Of a stretch of DNA of 64,000 nucleotides, positions 24,038-38,109 are shown piece after piece. A model generated the notes under the pieces. It was given only the letters and a program-made list of their open reading frames with translations, did no database searches and was not told where the DNA came from. Position 1 is the first letter of the stretch, and the number at the start of each line of letters is the position of its first letter. The position numbers and the translations under genes were made by a program. The stretch is from Leucoraja ocellata (Eukaryota), in NCBI GenBank assembly GCA_036785375.1, contig JAWMAR010000535.1, positions 310,001 through 374,000 on the forward strand, read 5' to 3'.

Positions 24038-25675
24038 AAACTGTTAAAATATCATTTTCTCCTGATTACACTGATCCCAACTCTTCCCATTTAATAGTAT
24101 TTTCACTCCGAGAACAATCTCCCAAATTCATGCCAAACCAGTGAATTTTGTGAATCTCCCTTTCAGTGAAGACCAGAAGTTTGTGCCCTGAGGACCAACA
24201 CTGGCAGCAAATACTGTATCTGCAATTAATTGCAGTGTTTGTTGCCAGATCGCACTGGCAGTTTTAACTGAGAGAATTGACAGATTTTCCGTTATCTGTG
24301 CAACAGAATTCAGATTGTTTCGTGCAACATAATTGTTAAAAAAAGACAGTAATGAAACGTACATTAGATGAATATTTCCAATTGTATATAATTAATATTT
24401 CTCCTTGCTTCCAGATGCTGGCAAAATAGACATGCATTTCAAGGATTAGATGTGAGAAATCAGAAAAAAACATAACGTTATGTAAGAAAATTGATTTACT
24501 ATAATAGTGCCAGCATGTTCTATTTCCGACACTACTGTGATGATTTGAAGACACAAAATGCTGGAGTAACTCAGAGGAACAGGCAGCATCTCTGGAGAAA
24601 AGGAATAGGTGATTTTTCTGGTCAAGACCTTTCTTCAGGCTGAGAGTCAGGGGAGAGGGATACTAGAGGTGTGAAAATGCCGGCACCGATGACTTAAGGA
24701 ATGTGGAATCCATTATGGTCCATTGTTGGTTGTAAAAGAGGTGACAATTAAGGTATAAAAATCAGTGAAACCAGCAGGATGATTGGGGTGGGACAGGGGT
24801 GGAGAGAGAGGGAATGCAAGAGCTACTTGAATTTAGAGATATCAATAGTTGTACCGCTGGGTTGTAAGCTGCACAAACAAAATCTCTTTTTTGCTTCTTT
24901 CCTAAGTATTTACACTTTAAAGTGTGTACTTTATTTTCACCTTCAGACTATTGGGTCTTGTGAATTCCCAGTCATACCAGTGTGACTTGGAAGCTGCCAG
25001 CCCTACTAACATTCTCTTTCTGTTTATTTCTCTTTTATTTGCTTCTCCTTCACTAATCTTTCCCAACTGTGCTGATTTTTCTTTACGGTTGCGTTTCCAT
25101 GGACACCGGCTGTTCTAATTAACCCAGTATAACCTCTGAGGCTTTATGTGCAGACATACATAATGCATCGCAGTGGACAATTCAAACAGCAGCCACGATC
25201 GCCGCGTCGATCCATGTCCTTACACAACCCCAAAACAAAGGCGCTTTCCAAAAGTAAGAACTACATAACAACCAAGAGACAGAAGAACATTTATTTTCCC
25301 TAGATCAGAGATTCTGAGCTGCACGTCAATGCTGTACCACCAGTTAAAGCATGCAAACTTGAGGAATTAATCTGGGTTTGTTTAGGAAAATATATTTGCT
25401 CATATATTGATTTCCTTCCTTATCCATGTGCATCACAGTGATCAAAGGCCACATTTTGCAGGCACAGTTACAGTGAGGTTAACGATGCTTGCTATTATTA
25501 ATTTTTAATTGATACAGAAAACTCTGGCTTCGGGCAGGTGTACAATTAAATACCAATATCCAAATGTTTCAGTCCCCATTGTGCTGCCCCTGGGTTGGTT
25601 TAGCTTCACAAAAAATCACATTCTGCCATCTCTCCACCTATTGAACCATATACAATGTTATGAAATTAATATTTA

Positions 25676-26235
25676 GTTTAGAGATACAATATGCAAACAG
25701 CCTCGTCGGCCCACCGATTCCATGCTAACCATCCATCACCTGTTCATACTAGTTCTTACTAGTTAATACCAGAAACATACAAAATTCTTAATGGGTTGGA
25801 CAGGCTAGATGCAGGAATATTGTTCCCGATTTTGGGGAAGTCCAGAACAAGGGGTCACAGTTTAAGGATAAGGGGGAAATCTTTTAGGACCGAGATGAGA
25901 AAAAAAAAATTCACACCGAGAGTGGTGAATCTCTGGAATTCTCTGCACAGAAGGTAGTTGAGGCCAGCTCATTGGCTATATTTAAGAGGTAGTTAGATGT
26001 GGCCCTTGTGGCTATAGGGAGAGAAAGCAGGTACAGGATACTGAGTTGGATGATCAGCCATGATCATATTGAATGGCGGTGCAGGCTTGAAGGGCCGAAT
26101 GGCCTACTCCTGCACCTATTTTCTATGTTTCTATGTTATCTCATTTTCCCATCCACTCCCTACATACTAGGGGCAATTTATAGAAGGCCAAACAACCTAC
26201 AAACCCACACGCCTTTGGGATGTGGGAGGAAACCA
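25676..26235 (-). mobile_element. HE1-like SINE (minus) interrupted by a + strand CR1 3' end (about 25770-26135)
   Basis: SINE halves on either side of CR1 GKSRTRGHSLRIRG and a (TTTCTATG)n tail. Confidence 0.8.
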
Positions 26236-26597
26236 GAACAACAGATATGAACCAGAACAATGAAATGTTTCCTTGCTGCAGCTTCAAGGGCATATTAGGC
26301 ACAGTAACAACAACAAAAATAAGTATGGAGTCAGTTATCAGTTATTCTGAGTAAACTAGATCATGTTTGTGAAAAGACACATTGTACATAGACAAATCAA
26401 AGCCCACAATAATTTGGCACCGAGGTAGGGTTGTGGTTAGGGTTGTTTAATGTGGTTCAAGAATCTAACAGGTATTGGGAAGAACTTGTTCTTGAAACAG
26501 AAGTAATGATTCTCAGGCACGTGCACTGACCTCCGACAGTAGCAGTACCCTCTGTGTGTGTGTCTTGGGTGATATTAGCTGTAGTCATATTGAGGCG

Positions 26598-26900
26598 ATA
26601 GACGCAGCGTGGAAACAGGCCCTTCTGCCCACCGAGATCAGCAATCACAACGTACACCAACACTATCCTACACACTAGGGACAATTTACAATTTAGAGAA
26701 GCTAATTAACCTACAAACCTGTTTAGGAACGAACTGCAGATGCTGGTTTAAATCGAAGGTAGACACAAAATGCTGGAGTAACTCAGCTGGACAGGCGGTA
26801 TCTCTAGAGAGAAGGAATGGGTGATGTTTCGGGTCGAGACATACAAACCTGTGTCTTTGGTATGTGGGAGGAAACTGGAACACCCTGAGAAAATGCACAC
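26598..26900 (-). mobile_element. HE1-like SINE interrupted by a Penelope-derived fragment (about 26722-26840)
   Basis: TACAAACCTGT occurs on both sides of the insert (26713 and 26842). Confidence 0.75.
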
Positions 26901-27334
26901 ATCTCTGAACATGCTGCCAGACCTGCCTGAGTTATTCCAGCACGTCCCCCCCCATATTTTGAGAGGTGGGTGACATCCCCGCCAGGTTAACCTGCCTGGG
27001 CTTGCGGGAAATATGGCCAGCGCGGAGAAGCAGCACCGGTATCCCGTCAGTCCAGACAGGGCTGTTGGTTAACCTGGTGAGACAGGCATAGTTGAGCTGC
27101 ATTTAGCGCTGGATTGAGCCTCCGAAGCCTCGCGCGCGTGTGTGAGTGTGCGCATGCGTACGCGGCCGCCAAAAAATTGTGTCCCCGTCCCCTCCATGTT
27201 TTGATAGTGAGTTCCGCTCTTGGGCAGAGGGCCAGTTTCCGTGCTGCATCTCTAAAGTCTAAAGGTCATGCTGAATGCGCACAACTGTCTCTGGGGAATT
27301 CAGTACACAGTTCATTTGGTATGTTCTCAACATA

Positions 27335-27970
27335 TTTCATAGCAAAAGGATTTGAGTATAGGAGCAGGGAGGTTCTACTGCAGTTGTACAGGGTCTTGGT
27401 GAGACCACACCTGGAGTATTGCGTACAATTTTGTCTCCAAATCTGAGGAAGGACATTATTGCCATAGAGGGAGTGCAGAGAAGGTTCACCAGACTGATTC
27501 CTGGGATGTCAGGACTGTCTTATGAAGAAAGACTGGATAGACTTGGTTTATACTCTCTAGAATTTAGGAGATTGAGAGGGGATCTTATAGAAACTTACAA
27601 AATTCTTAAGGGGTTGGACAGGCTAGATGCAGGAAGATTGCTCCCGATGTTGGGGAAGTCCAGGACAAGGGGTCACAGCTTAAGGATAAGGGGGAAATCC
27701 TTTAAAACCGAGATGAGAAGAACTTTTTTCACACGGAGAATAGTGAATCTCTGGAACTCTCTGCCACAGAGGGTAGTCGAGGCCAGTTCATTGGCTATAT
27801 TTAAGAGGGAGTTAGATGTGGCCCTTGTGGCCAAGGGGATCAGGGGGTATGGAGAGAAGGCAGGTACGGGATACTGAGTTGGATGATCAGCCATGATCAT
27901 ATTGAATGGCGGTGCAGGCTCGAAGGGCCGAATGGCCTACTCCTGCACCTAATTTCTATGTTTCTATGTT
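27335..27970 (+). mobile_element. CR1 LINE 3' end
   Basis: LYRVLVRPHLEYCVQF / RRFTRLIPGM..LEFRRLRGDLIETYKIL; (TTTCTATG)n tail. Confidence 0.92.
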
Positions 27971-28046
27971 TCCCCAATAATTGGGTATTGGAAGAAGAAT
28001 GTCTACTAACGCATTCAATACACAGAGCAACTAGAATATCTAGATG

Positions 28047-28268
28047 TTTAAGAAGGAACTTCAGATGCTGGAAAAGGGAAGGTAGACAAAAATGCTGGAG
28101 AAACTCAGGCGGGTGAGGCAGCATCTATGGAGCAAAGGAAATAGGCAATGTTTCGGGTCGAAACCTTCCTTCAGATGTCTGAAGAAGGGTTTCGATCCGA
28201 AACGTTGCCTGTCCTTCGCTCCATAGATGCTGCCTCACCCGCCTGAGTTTCTCCAGCATTTTTGTCTA
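28047..28268. mobile_element. Head-to-head Penelope-pLTR palindrome with 16-bp flanking direct repeat
   Basis: Inverted arms of about 92 bp centred near 28176; CTAGAATATCTAGATG at 28031-28046 and 28266-28281. Confidence 0.85.
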
Positions 28269-28494
28269 GAATATCTAGATGGCTGGACAAAGCCATCACT
28301 TGCATAGAATTGCAGCCGCAGCCAAAGAGGAGGAAAAATGCTAATAATCAGCAGCTACTGTACCTTGCAAGTTGACAATGATCATTAAACATGGCTTGTT
28401 TGCGCTAAATCATATCTTATTGTGCAAGGCTAAGGGCGACTACGAAGTTCCGTTAAATATTAAATCTGAGCCATTTGCTGATTGGTAGCATAAT

Positions 28495-28800
28495 GTTTAG
28501 TTTAGAGATGCAGTGTGGAAACATGCCCTTCAACCCATTGAGTCCATGCCGACTATCGATCACCCACACACACTATCCCTCCTGCACTCTAGGGGCAATT
28601 TACAGAAGCCAATTAACCTACGAACCTGCACGTCTATAGAATGTGGGGGTGGGAGGGGGGAGGGGGGGGGAGCACCCGGAGAAACTCCACATGGTCACAG
28701 GGAGAACGTCCAAACTCTCCACGTACAGCACCCGTGGTCAAAATCAATCCCGGTTCCTTGAGGCTGTGAAGCAGCATCTCTACCGTTTTGCCTCTGTGCA
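28495..28800 (-). mobile_element. HE1-like V-SINE
   Basis: Reverse-strand tail, core and head. Confidence 0.75.
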
Positions 28801-29844
28801 GTGCATATCAGCTTCAGTGCATATCAGCTACACACATACTAACGCTCACACAGATGTGCATCTAGCAATGGTTTCCACGCTACAACATATTTGACTTAAC
28901 GTGCCCCTCACATACATGAGGGAAGCTAGATTTGGAATTCTCAGTGAAATACATTTTTAACGGCCTTATGCACGAGAGTAACCATTAAACTTCTCGTAAA
29001 GGGTGTACTTGAAAACCCAAACCTCAAGTCCACCAGCTACTATATTTGAAGAAATAATTCATGGAAAGATGAAGAAAACTTCTTTCCTTCCACAACATTC
29101 TCCTCAAAACCTCTACTTCCCAAATAATCTTTTCAAACCCTTTATGGCAAATGGTTGAGATGTTCTAATAAAGATTTTTTTTTAAAAGACATAGTTCGAT
29201 AGTCCTAGAGCTATTATTCTTGATTACAATCCTAAAGCTATCCCGCATTCGAGACTCCTTCAAAATAAAAGGTGTATATTTAATACAAGCTCTGAAAGGG
29301 ATAGAGGCACAAACGCATTGAAACGTTTATATATGTTTAAGGATACAGTAAACACTGTTATTAGTTATCGTAACATGGTGACTAATTTTCTGAATTGGTA
29401 TCCAGAGGCCTGAACCAATGATCCAAAGAAATGATACAATACAATACAATACAATACGGTTCATATTATAACCACAGCGTTGGGGAATTCAAATTCAGGT
29501 AATTAAATTAATCGGGAATGAGAAACCTCCTCTCAATATGGCTGCCATTATGTTACAATAATGTGGTAAAAGCCCATCTGGCTCACAACTGCCCTTCAGG
29601 GAAGAACATCTATTATTCTTCACAGTTTCCAGACTCCAAATCCATCAATGTGATTGATTCTTTTACAGGCATTTGGAGTCAGAAAATAAATGGGGACAGC
29701 ACCAGCAGTATGCACACTCTGTGAATGAATAGTTCATCATGGAGCCACACAGCACAGAGACAGGCTCTTCAGCCCAACTCTTCCATATTGACCAATATGC
29801 CCATCAAAGCTAGTCCCATTGTGCCCATTTTATTTGTCCTGAGA

Positions 29845-30325
29845 CTCCTATGGTGCCAGAGTGAGGCCACACACAAATAAGTGGAGGAATACCACCTCAT
29901 AATCTGTCTGGGCAGCTTACAACCCAATGGTATGAGCATTGAACTCTACAATTTTAGGTAGTTAACCAAAAGTTCGCCCCTTCCCCCTTCTCCTCCTCCA
30001 CTCTTCCCTGTGCCCCACATGGACTCTCACTCATTTCTCTGTTCCCCCTCAACCAACATCCTTCCTCTGGCTTCACAATTCACACATCTTCAATCCTTTC
30101 CTCACACCTTCTGTCCTTTCATCACTGGCCTTTGTACAAACATGTGCCTATCACCCCCCACCACGCCCCCACCTGTCTGCACCTGCCAGGCTTTGCCCTG
30201 CCCCATCTCACTTCCTGCTTTCACCCCATCACACCACTACACAGTCTGAAGAAGGGTTCTGACCAGAAATGTCTCCTATCCATGTTCTCCAGAGATGCTG
30301 CCTGACCAGCTGAGTTACTCCAGCA

Positions 30326-30327
<2 letters not shown>
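29845..30327 (+). mobile_element. Penelope-like element 3' end (decayed) with pLTR motif
   Basis: EE.HLIICLGSLQPNGM.IE..NF remnant, then CTGAAGAAGGGTTCTGACCAGAAATGTC. Confidence 0.75.

Positions 30328-30329
<2 letters not shown>

Positions 30330-30370
<41 letters not shown>
30330..30370. repeat. (GT)n microsatellite
   Basis: Directly visible. Confidence 0.95.
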
Positions 30371-30376
<6 letters not shown>

Positions 30377-32827
30377 CAAATCTCAAAACATTAACTCGGT
30401 TTCTCTCTCCACAGACACTGCCCGATCTACTGAGTATTTCCAGCACTTCCTATTTTATTTCAGATCAATATTTTGCAGTATTTTGCTAGTGTTTCAGTCA
30501 ATATTTATCCTTCCATTGGAACAGTTTGTCAGTCATTATCATTTTGTTGGTCGTGGGATGTCACATGGCTGCCATATTTTCTGCATTACAAGTCAAATCG
30601 AATACATTGTCAACATGCACAAGTAGGGTGAGGTACAGGTACAATGCAAATCTTGCTTGCAACAGCATCACAGGCTGAGATGCAGAGATTACATTCCAAA
30701 AGATCTTTTATTCTAAGTAAAATATCTTGAGATATCTGGAAGTCATGAGAGCTATTATATAACAATGCTGTTTTCCCAGGCCATGGGGTTGGGGAATAAG
30801 TTATTAACTATACTGAAAGACACCAATGCATTATCTAAGTAAACAGGGTTTTCTAAATTGAGTTGATTGAAAAATCAGGGCACGTCTTTAGTTTATACTT
30901 CATAAAACAATAGTAGGTATTAATGCTAATCCAATTAAAGCAAAGTACTCAGAAGAAATTCAGATTGATTTACAATCAAATACAATTCTTCATGCATAGC
31001 TTGTAATTCTACTAATCTGCGTGTTTATTAAAAAATAATAATTCTGCTTTTAACTGTCGCAGACTGTCACAAATAAAATCTACACTTGATTTTTACGCTT
31101 TTATCCACCTGAATGATACGAGGTTATGAAAAGCAAATGTGCCAGATTTTATACAACACTCTTCTTCACAAACCCAATTCACATTGTTTAAAATTATCTT
31201 AAATCCAGCTCAAAAAAGCACAAGCGGTCACATATTTATAAATACATGAAGAAAATAATTAAGTCAAGGATGAGTACGGCAACAGACAAGGGTACTATTC
31301 AAAATTCTTACCACACAAGGTGAAGCCAGCACTCAAACTAAAATTCATAGTCAATCCTTTTGTAAAACAGAAAGTATGTACAACTTTCCCTTCTCTTCCT
31401 AACTGCAATTGATTCTTGCTGCAAACTTAATTTATTTCTCTCTCTTATAACAACTTTCCTAAACCTCATATGTCGAAAATACGGTCTCTCATGCAACTGC
31501 GATCAGTTCTGAGGGGTCGAACATTATTCTCAGACTACAGTGCGTTTATTGTTTGTTTTCAAGCTCCCTTGAAGTCTGTGGCTCCTGTTCTTTAATTTTT
31601 TTAAATAAATCAGTTCATTAATCAATCTATCTTACAGTGTTTGTAAAGAAAAAAAATTCAGATTCCAGCTATCTGAGATAAAAACAGTAATTGCTGGTTA
31701 TCTTAAAGATCATTGACCTGAAACTTGAATTTTATTTATTTCTCCGCAGATGCTGCCTGACATGCTGATTACTTGAAGCACTTTCAATCTTTATTCCATC
31801 CTTAAATGCATCTCTGCTCCCATTCTTATTTAACACATCACCAAATAAATCTGGGCAAGTATTACACCGTCCCAACTTGTTGGGTCTGCATACCAACCAT
31901 CAGGCCACTCCTGAATTGTTAAACCCAGAGAGTTAACTGGTATCAAACGACAATTTAAACAGAGAAATATTTTCTGAGCCTCTTCCTCAAGAGCCTTCCA
32001 CTAATTATGATATTGATATTATCATTTGTTTTATTGCCTCATTCAAATTAACATTCAATACTTGACTTTTTAGCATTCTCGAATTTATCTGTACAGATTA
32101 TAAATGTTTCCTCACGTTATGTTCAAAGACATATTTACAGATTAGTCCAACCGTGATTTCAGTCTTGGCTGCCCGGTGCTTACATAGAAAGAGAAATTTT
32201 AAAATTGAGTCCTGCAACATTACATCCCTTGCAACATGACAGTGAAGCAATGATGCATTTGGGGAATCAATGACATGCAAAAGCAACCCTGTTGACTCAG
32301 CAAGTACTTTTTTTTTAACGTAAGTGTACCATCTTTTAACATAAAAGGATCATGATGGGGACATAGCAATCTATCAATTAATAATTTTATCCCAATGCAA
32401 ATTTTCCCTGTTCCTACCTCGTTGAGATCTCCTGTAGCCTGCTTACATTGTAAAGACTATGGGCCCATAAACACTTGACAATGCCTCCTCTTGGCCATGT
32501 CTCCTCAGGTGTCAGAGGTTATGGGGAGAAGACAGGTGAATGGGGTTAGGAGGGAGAGATAGATCAGCCATGATTGAATGGCAGAGTAGACTTGATGGGC
32601 CGAATTGCCTAATTCTGTTCCTATCACATGATCTCTTTGCCTCCAGTGCTAATACACTGCATTGTACAGGAGCCCTCCAATCTACAGCCCATCCATGAGC
32701 AAGACTTCACACGGTGGGACATGAGATCCTGCCCCAACACCACTGCTGTCATTGCATGTTTCACCATTTAATATAATTTCAGAGGCATATAATAGCAGTT
32801 TAATTTTTTTTTCACAATTACATGAAG

Positions 32828-33075
32828 GTGGCACAGAGGGGCACCTCGGATGCTGTCTGTGTGGAGTTTGTCTCACTGTGACTGCGAAGGTTGTTTCCAG
32901 TTTCCTCCCGCACCCCAAAGACGTGTAGGTTAATTGGACTTGGTAAATCGGCCCTAGTGTGTAGGGAGTGAGAAAGTGGGATAACATAGTACTGGTGTAA
33001 ATGGGTGATCGATGGTTAGCGTGGACTTGATGGGCCGAAGGGCCCGTTTCCATGCTGTATTTCTAAACTAATTAC
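32828..33075 (+). mobile_element. HE1-like V-SINE (internally deleted)
   Basis: V-core and CR1-like tail GGGCCGAAGGGCCCGTTTCCATGCTGTAT. Confidence 0.75.
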
Positions 33076-33669
33076 TTAAAAAAGAATGTTAAACATACAC
33101 TAAGCTATTTAAACTAAATTAAAGCATAGATATAAAATCAAATAAATGTAAATAACTCAACCAGAAGTTTAAAGAAGGCTTTATATAGAATCAGGTGTCT
33201 CCTCATTTCAATATACTGTGGGACTGCCTCTGCACTATCCTCCCTTCCACATGGCACTCAACGGATACAGAAGCCAAAGTCTCACTGAACATTAGCAGGC
33301 TGGCACGTGGTCATAAGGTCATAACCTGTGGCATGAAAAAAAGCATTACATCAGATTTTACCAGCAAAGTAATGACACGGTGAACAGACCTTTCAACTAT
33401 TGATGTGGGATTGGGGAAGAAACTTCACGAATGGCTCCAATGCTAATTTGCAAACATACCTGTCCAGGTGAAATCATCAGGTTACTAACTCTACAAATAC
33501 ACCAACCTACCATCTGCTTCAACATTGAAATGCATTGAATGGTGTCCAGTTTTAGTGTTTCAAGAAGGACTCCAACTCGAAAAGTCACCCATCCTTTTTC
33601 TTCAGAGATGCTGCCTGATCCGCTGCATTACTCCAGCACTTTGTGTCTATCTACGGTATAAACCAGCAT

Positions 33670-34160
33670 GTCCGCTGCTCTAGATGTCAGCAGATCTATA
33701 TCGGTGAGACCAAGCGGAGGTTGGGCGATCGTTTCGCCGAACACCTCCGCTCGGTCCCGCAATAACCAAGCTGACCTCCCGGTGGCTCAGCACTCAACTC
33801 CCCCTCCCACTCCGTCTCCGACCTCTCTGTCCTGGGTCTCCTCCATGGCCACAGCGAGCAGCACCTCATTGGAGGAACAGCACTTCATATTCCGTTTGGG
33901 GAGTCTGCACCCCGGGGGCATGAACATCGAATTCTCCCAATTTTGTTAGTCCTTGCAGTCTCCTCCCCTTCCTCAGCCCCCCTGCTGTCTCCTCCCATCC
34001 CCCAGCCTTCTGGCTACTCCTCCTTTTCCCTTTCTTGTCCCCACCCACCCCCGCCCCCGATCAGTCTGAAGAAGGGTTTCGGCCCGAAACGTTGCCTATT
34101 TCCTTCGCTCCATAGATGCTGCTGCACCCGCTGAGTTTCTCCAGCTTTTTTGTGTAATCT
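33670..34160 (+). mobile_element. Penelope-like element 3' end: GIY-YIG endonuclease remnant plus pLTR
   Basis: RCSRCQQIYIGETKRRLGDRFAEHLRSV..ADLPVAQH..EEQHFIFRLGSLHPGGMNIEFSQF, followed by the hammerhead motif at 34066-34093. Confidence 0.9.
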
Positions 34161-34799
34161 GCAATACCTTGTTTCTACAATATAGATTATGTTACCTTTG
34201 ATGTCTCAGTTGGTAAATGTAGAGTGGACTGAGTTACAGTAATGATACAGCTGACCCGCTGAGTTACTCCAGCACTTTGCGTCTATCTTTGGTATAAACC
34301 AACATCAGCAGTTCCTTCCTACGCACTTTGTTGTTTGTATAGTCGATCAAGAGTACACATCATGGAAGAGTAAGTCCAGTCCTTTAAATGATTGGAGTCA
34401 AATTTAAAATGCAATTGTAGATTTTTTTAATGTAGCAAAATTAAATTTTAATGCGACTTCTTAACGTGTCCAGTCTGGCTTTTTTTTTCTCATAATCCAG
34501 TATTTATCTCCTTGTCCGTGATTTGACTTTGAATTATCATGCTGTTCTACTTTTACACTTCAGATCCTGTGTGATTTATCTCACAATTTTCCATTTGATT
34601 CGTTCAGGAGATCCACAGTTTCTTTCACTGTTCCATCAGGCCCCAGATGTCAGTGCTGTGATGTTTATCAGCTTGCATTTGCAACAACATGGCATGTAAA
34701 ATATTTGAATACTGATTGCGGAAGGAAAAATCAAATCTACAGCAGATACTGCCACATTTTATTACAGGTCCTGATACAGTAAAACCTTGGGCAGCTTAC

Positions 34800-35160
34800 A
34801 AAAAAGATTTCTCCAACTTCAAATAACCCTGACATTCCCTCTCTCTCTGTCCCCCCTCCACCTTAGTCATCCTGCTCGTTTTACTGTTTGTGTCCCTTCG
34901 TTATCACCTCTTCCACAGCCAACAATGGACCGTTGTGGGCTCCACTTTTCCTGAACTCGGTCATTGGTGCCAGCTCTGATTTGTTCTGTATATCTTCCTA
35001 CATCTAATTTCCCTCTCTCCTGACTCTCAGTGCGAGGAAGTGTCTTGACCTGAAACGTCAACTATTCCTTTTCTCCAGAGATGCTGCCCGACCCGTTGAG
35101 TTACTCCAACATTTTGTGTCTATCTTCAGTGAAGCAGCATCTGCAGTTCCTTCCTACATA
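34800..35160 (+). mobile_element. Penelope-derived pLTR copy
   Basis: TTCTCCAACTTCAAATAA end-of-ORF remnant through GAAACGTCA..AGATGCTGCCCGACCCG.TGAGTTACTCCA. Confidence 0.7.
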
Positions 35161-36974
35161 TTAAAACTTATGCCTTTTTTAGTTATGTATTACTATATTT
35201 TAATAACTTTACGAACTCTAAAAAAATAATTAAAAGGGATTATGTGTTAAGAATCTCACAGCCTTATGTTTGTTAACCTGGCCAGGGTCATTAAACCTGA
35301 CATTTAACAAAGAATTGAGTGAAAGCATTGAACAAATATTGTGACTCCCCCTGCTCTTCAGAACTGGTGCTCAACAGGGAACAAAAATATACATTATATA
35401 TGCAGACATGCTGTCCTTCAGGAAGAATTAATAGGCTCGAGTTACTGTATGTGGAATATTTTTGGCACACAGACATTGCATTTCATAGATATGTTAAGCT
35501 TTGCAATGTGGCTGTTATTACACTGAAGTAGCCATTATGTGTAATTGCCAGTACAGAACATCACTGGTAGACAAAATTAAAAATATAAAGGGGAAACAAT
35601 CCACATGCTCAATAGAACAATATACCTCTCCCGTTGCTATAGAAACCGATGTTCTGTGGTGGACCTATTCCAAATCATGGAACCTGTCGCACTATCAGCT
35701 CCAGATCTTCTGATTTCTTTCTGAGATGAGAAAGCAGGATTTCTGCTGGCAGGGCTATGCGTCTTGGATATTTTTAAACTCTCTTTCGTGGCAATAATTA
35801 GAAATTAAATTTGAATAATCCAAAATTCTATTGACATTAGCTAATGTGACTCATATTGTGAATTCACTGACAACTCCAATTTGCTTCATCCATGAAAGGG
35901 TGGAGTTAAAAATATTGCAGTGTGCCAGCTGTAAATAATGGATTCTCATGATTATATATTCAAGAGGAATATTTAAATGATATATTCAGGTTAATGCATA
36001 ATTGTTTGTTTAAATGTGGGAAAACATTATATTTCTCAGTTCCTATGCAGAACAAAAACAATTGGTCACGTGTTTTTTGTTTGAGGATGCAGTATTTTAA
36101 TCTGCTTTTATTAAATCATATCTATACATTTAAAGATAAAGGTAGTCTGGAGACATTCTTTACCTCAGACTAATCCCTAGATGTGTCAGAAATGTAAGAA
36201 TTTCAATATCTTCAAATGTGTTTTCATTGGAAATAGTTTCTCAGCAGGGCAGACTTTTTAGTGGAGAGTTTCAATTAACAACATTATTTTATATCTGTAT
36301 TTCATAAGTTCACAAGTCATAGGAGCAGATGTAGGCCATTCAGCCCATCGTGTCTAATCGGGTCTGCCATTCAATCATGGCTGATCTATCTTTCCTTCTC
36401 AACCCCATTCTCCTGCCTTCTCCCGTAACCCCTGACACCCTTACTATAAACAATGACACCATTACTAATGTGATGGCCAAAACTGCACGCAATACTCCAA
36501 ATGTGTTCTGGCCAAGGTCCCATAAAACTGCAACGTGATCCCTTGACTCTTATTCCCGAGGACCCCATCGATGAAGGCATGCATACGATATTCTAGTTAC
36601 CTCACACTTCGCAAAGATATGCAGGTTGGCAGGTTAAGTAGCTGCTGTAAATCACATCCCATTGTAGGTGGGTGTGGAAGAGCGAGGGTGAAATGGATGG
36701 GCACACCAGAGGGAAATAAGTGTGGGAAAGAGACGGATGTAAATGTTCAGACAACTTCCTCCGCTGACAGGAATATGTGAAAGGTAAATAGTCAAAATAG
36801 ATCTAAATGGACAAAATAAACGGTGTTGCAGAGAACCAACATCAAATGAATCCATCAATTTACTGATGCTCTCTGTCTGTTGGTTCAAAATATAAATTAC
36901 TGCAGGTTAAAAAATAAATATATAGGAACAGCTGCAAAAGCTGCAACAGGCCTTGGATACTAGACTGTTGTATT

Positions 36975-37575
36975 AGTTTAGTTTAGTTTCTTATTATTGT
37001 CACGTGCACCGAGGTACCGCGAAAAACCATTTTGTTGCATGTTAACCAGTCAGCGGAAAGACTATACATGATAACAAATAACACATCCACAGTGTATAGA
37101 TACAGGATAAGGGAAATAACATTTAGTGCAAGATAAAGTTCAGTAAAGTCTGATTAAAGATAGTTTGAGGGTCTCCAATGAGGTAGATGGTAGATCAGGA
37201 CCAGTCTCTAGTTGGTGACAGGAGATAGGTGTCTAGTCCAGTTGCTTAATAACAGCTGGGAAGAAACTGTCCCGGCATCTGGAAGTGTCCGATTTCAAAC
37301 TTCTGTACCTCTTGCCTGTTGGGAGTGGGGAGAAGAGGGAGTGACCGGGGTGAGACTCGTCCTTGATTATGCTGGTGGCCTTGCCGAGGCAGCATTAAGG
37401 GTAGATGGCATCAGTGGAAGGGAGGTTGGTTTGCATGTTCGCCTGGGCTAGCTCCATAACTCTGAAATTTCTTGAGGTCTTGGACGGAGTTGTTCCCAAA
37501 CCATACAATACATTCGGTAAAATGCTTTCTACGGTGGATTTGTAGAGGTTGGTGAGGATTGCTGGTATATGCCAG
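36975..37575 (-). mobile_element. Rex1/Babar-like LINE 3' fragment
   Basis: Reverse-complement similarity to 14259-14725; (AAACT)n tail. Confidence 0.7.
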
Positions 37576-37810
37576 ACTAACTTCAGCCAAGTTCATTACA
37601 AGTGAGAGGGCATTGAATACTTTGTCTGGCCTGCATTCACATCTCAGGGGAAAGACCTGGAGCAAAAAAGGGAGAATGCAGCTGTGTGGTGGGTGAGTGG
37701 TGAACCAAGGGGAGATAGAGAAAGAAAGGATATGGTTTTGGTTCCTATCCCACAATACATTTGGTACTTGCAAGTATAGGAATATAGGATTATGGGAAGA
37801 TAACTGACCT

Positions 37811-37990
37811 CAGGTGCTGTCTGTGTGGAGTTTGCACCTTCTCCCTGTGATCGCGGGGGTTTCTTCCGGATGCTCCGGTTTCCTCCCACATCCCAAAAGA
37901 CGTGCAGGTTTGCAGGTTAATTGGCCATCTGTAAAATTGCCCCCAGTGTGTAAGGAATGGATGAGAAATTGGGGCAACGTGGAACTAGTG
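37811..37990 (+). mobile_element. HE1-like V-SINE core
   Basis: TGTCTGTGTGGAGTTTGCA..CTCCGGTTTCCTCCCACATCCCAAA. Confidence 0.75.
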
Positions 37991-38109
37991 TGGGAGAAAA
38001 AAATGCTGGAGTAACTCAGCAGATCAAGCAGCATCTATGGAGAACACAGATAGGTGGCTTTTGGATTGGGACCCTCCTTCAGACTGCGGTGATGTTTTGG
38101 GTCAAGACC

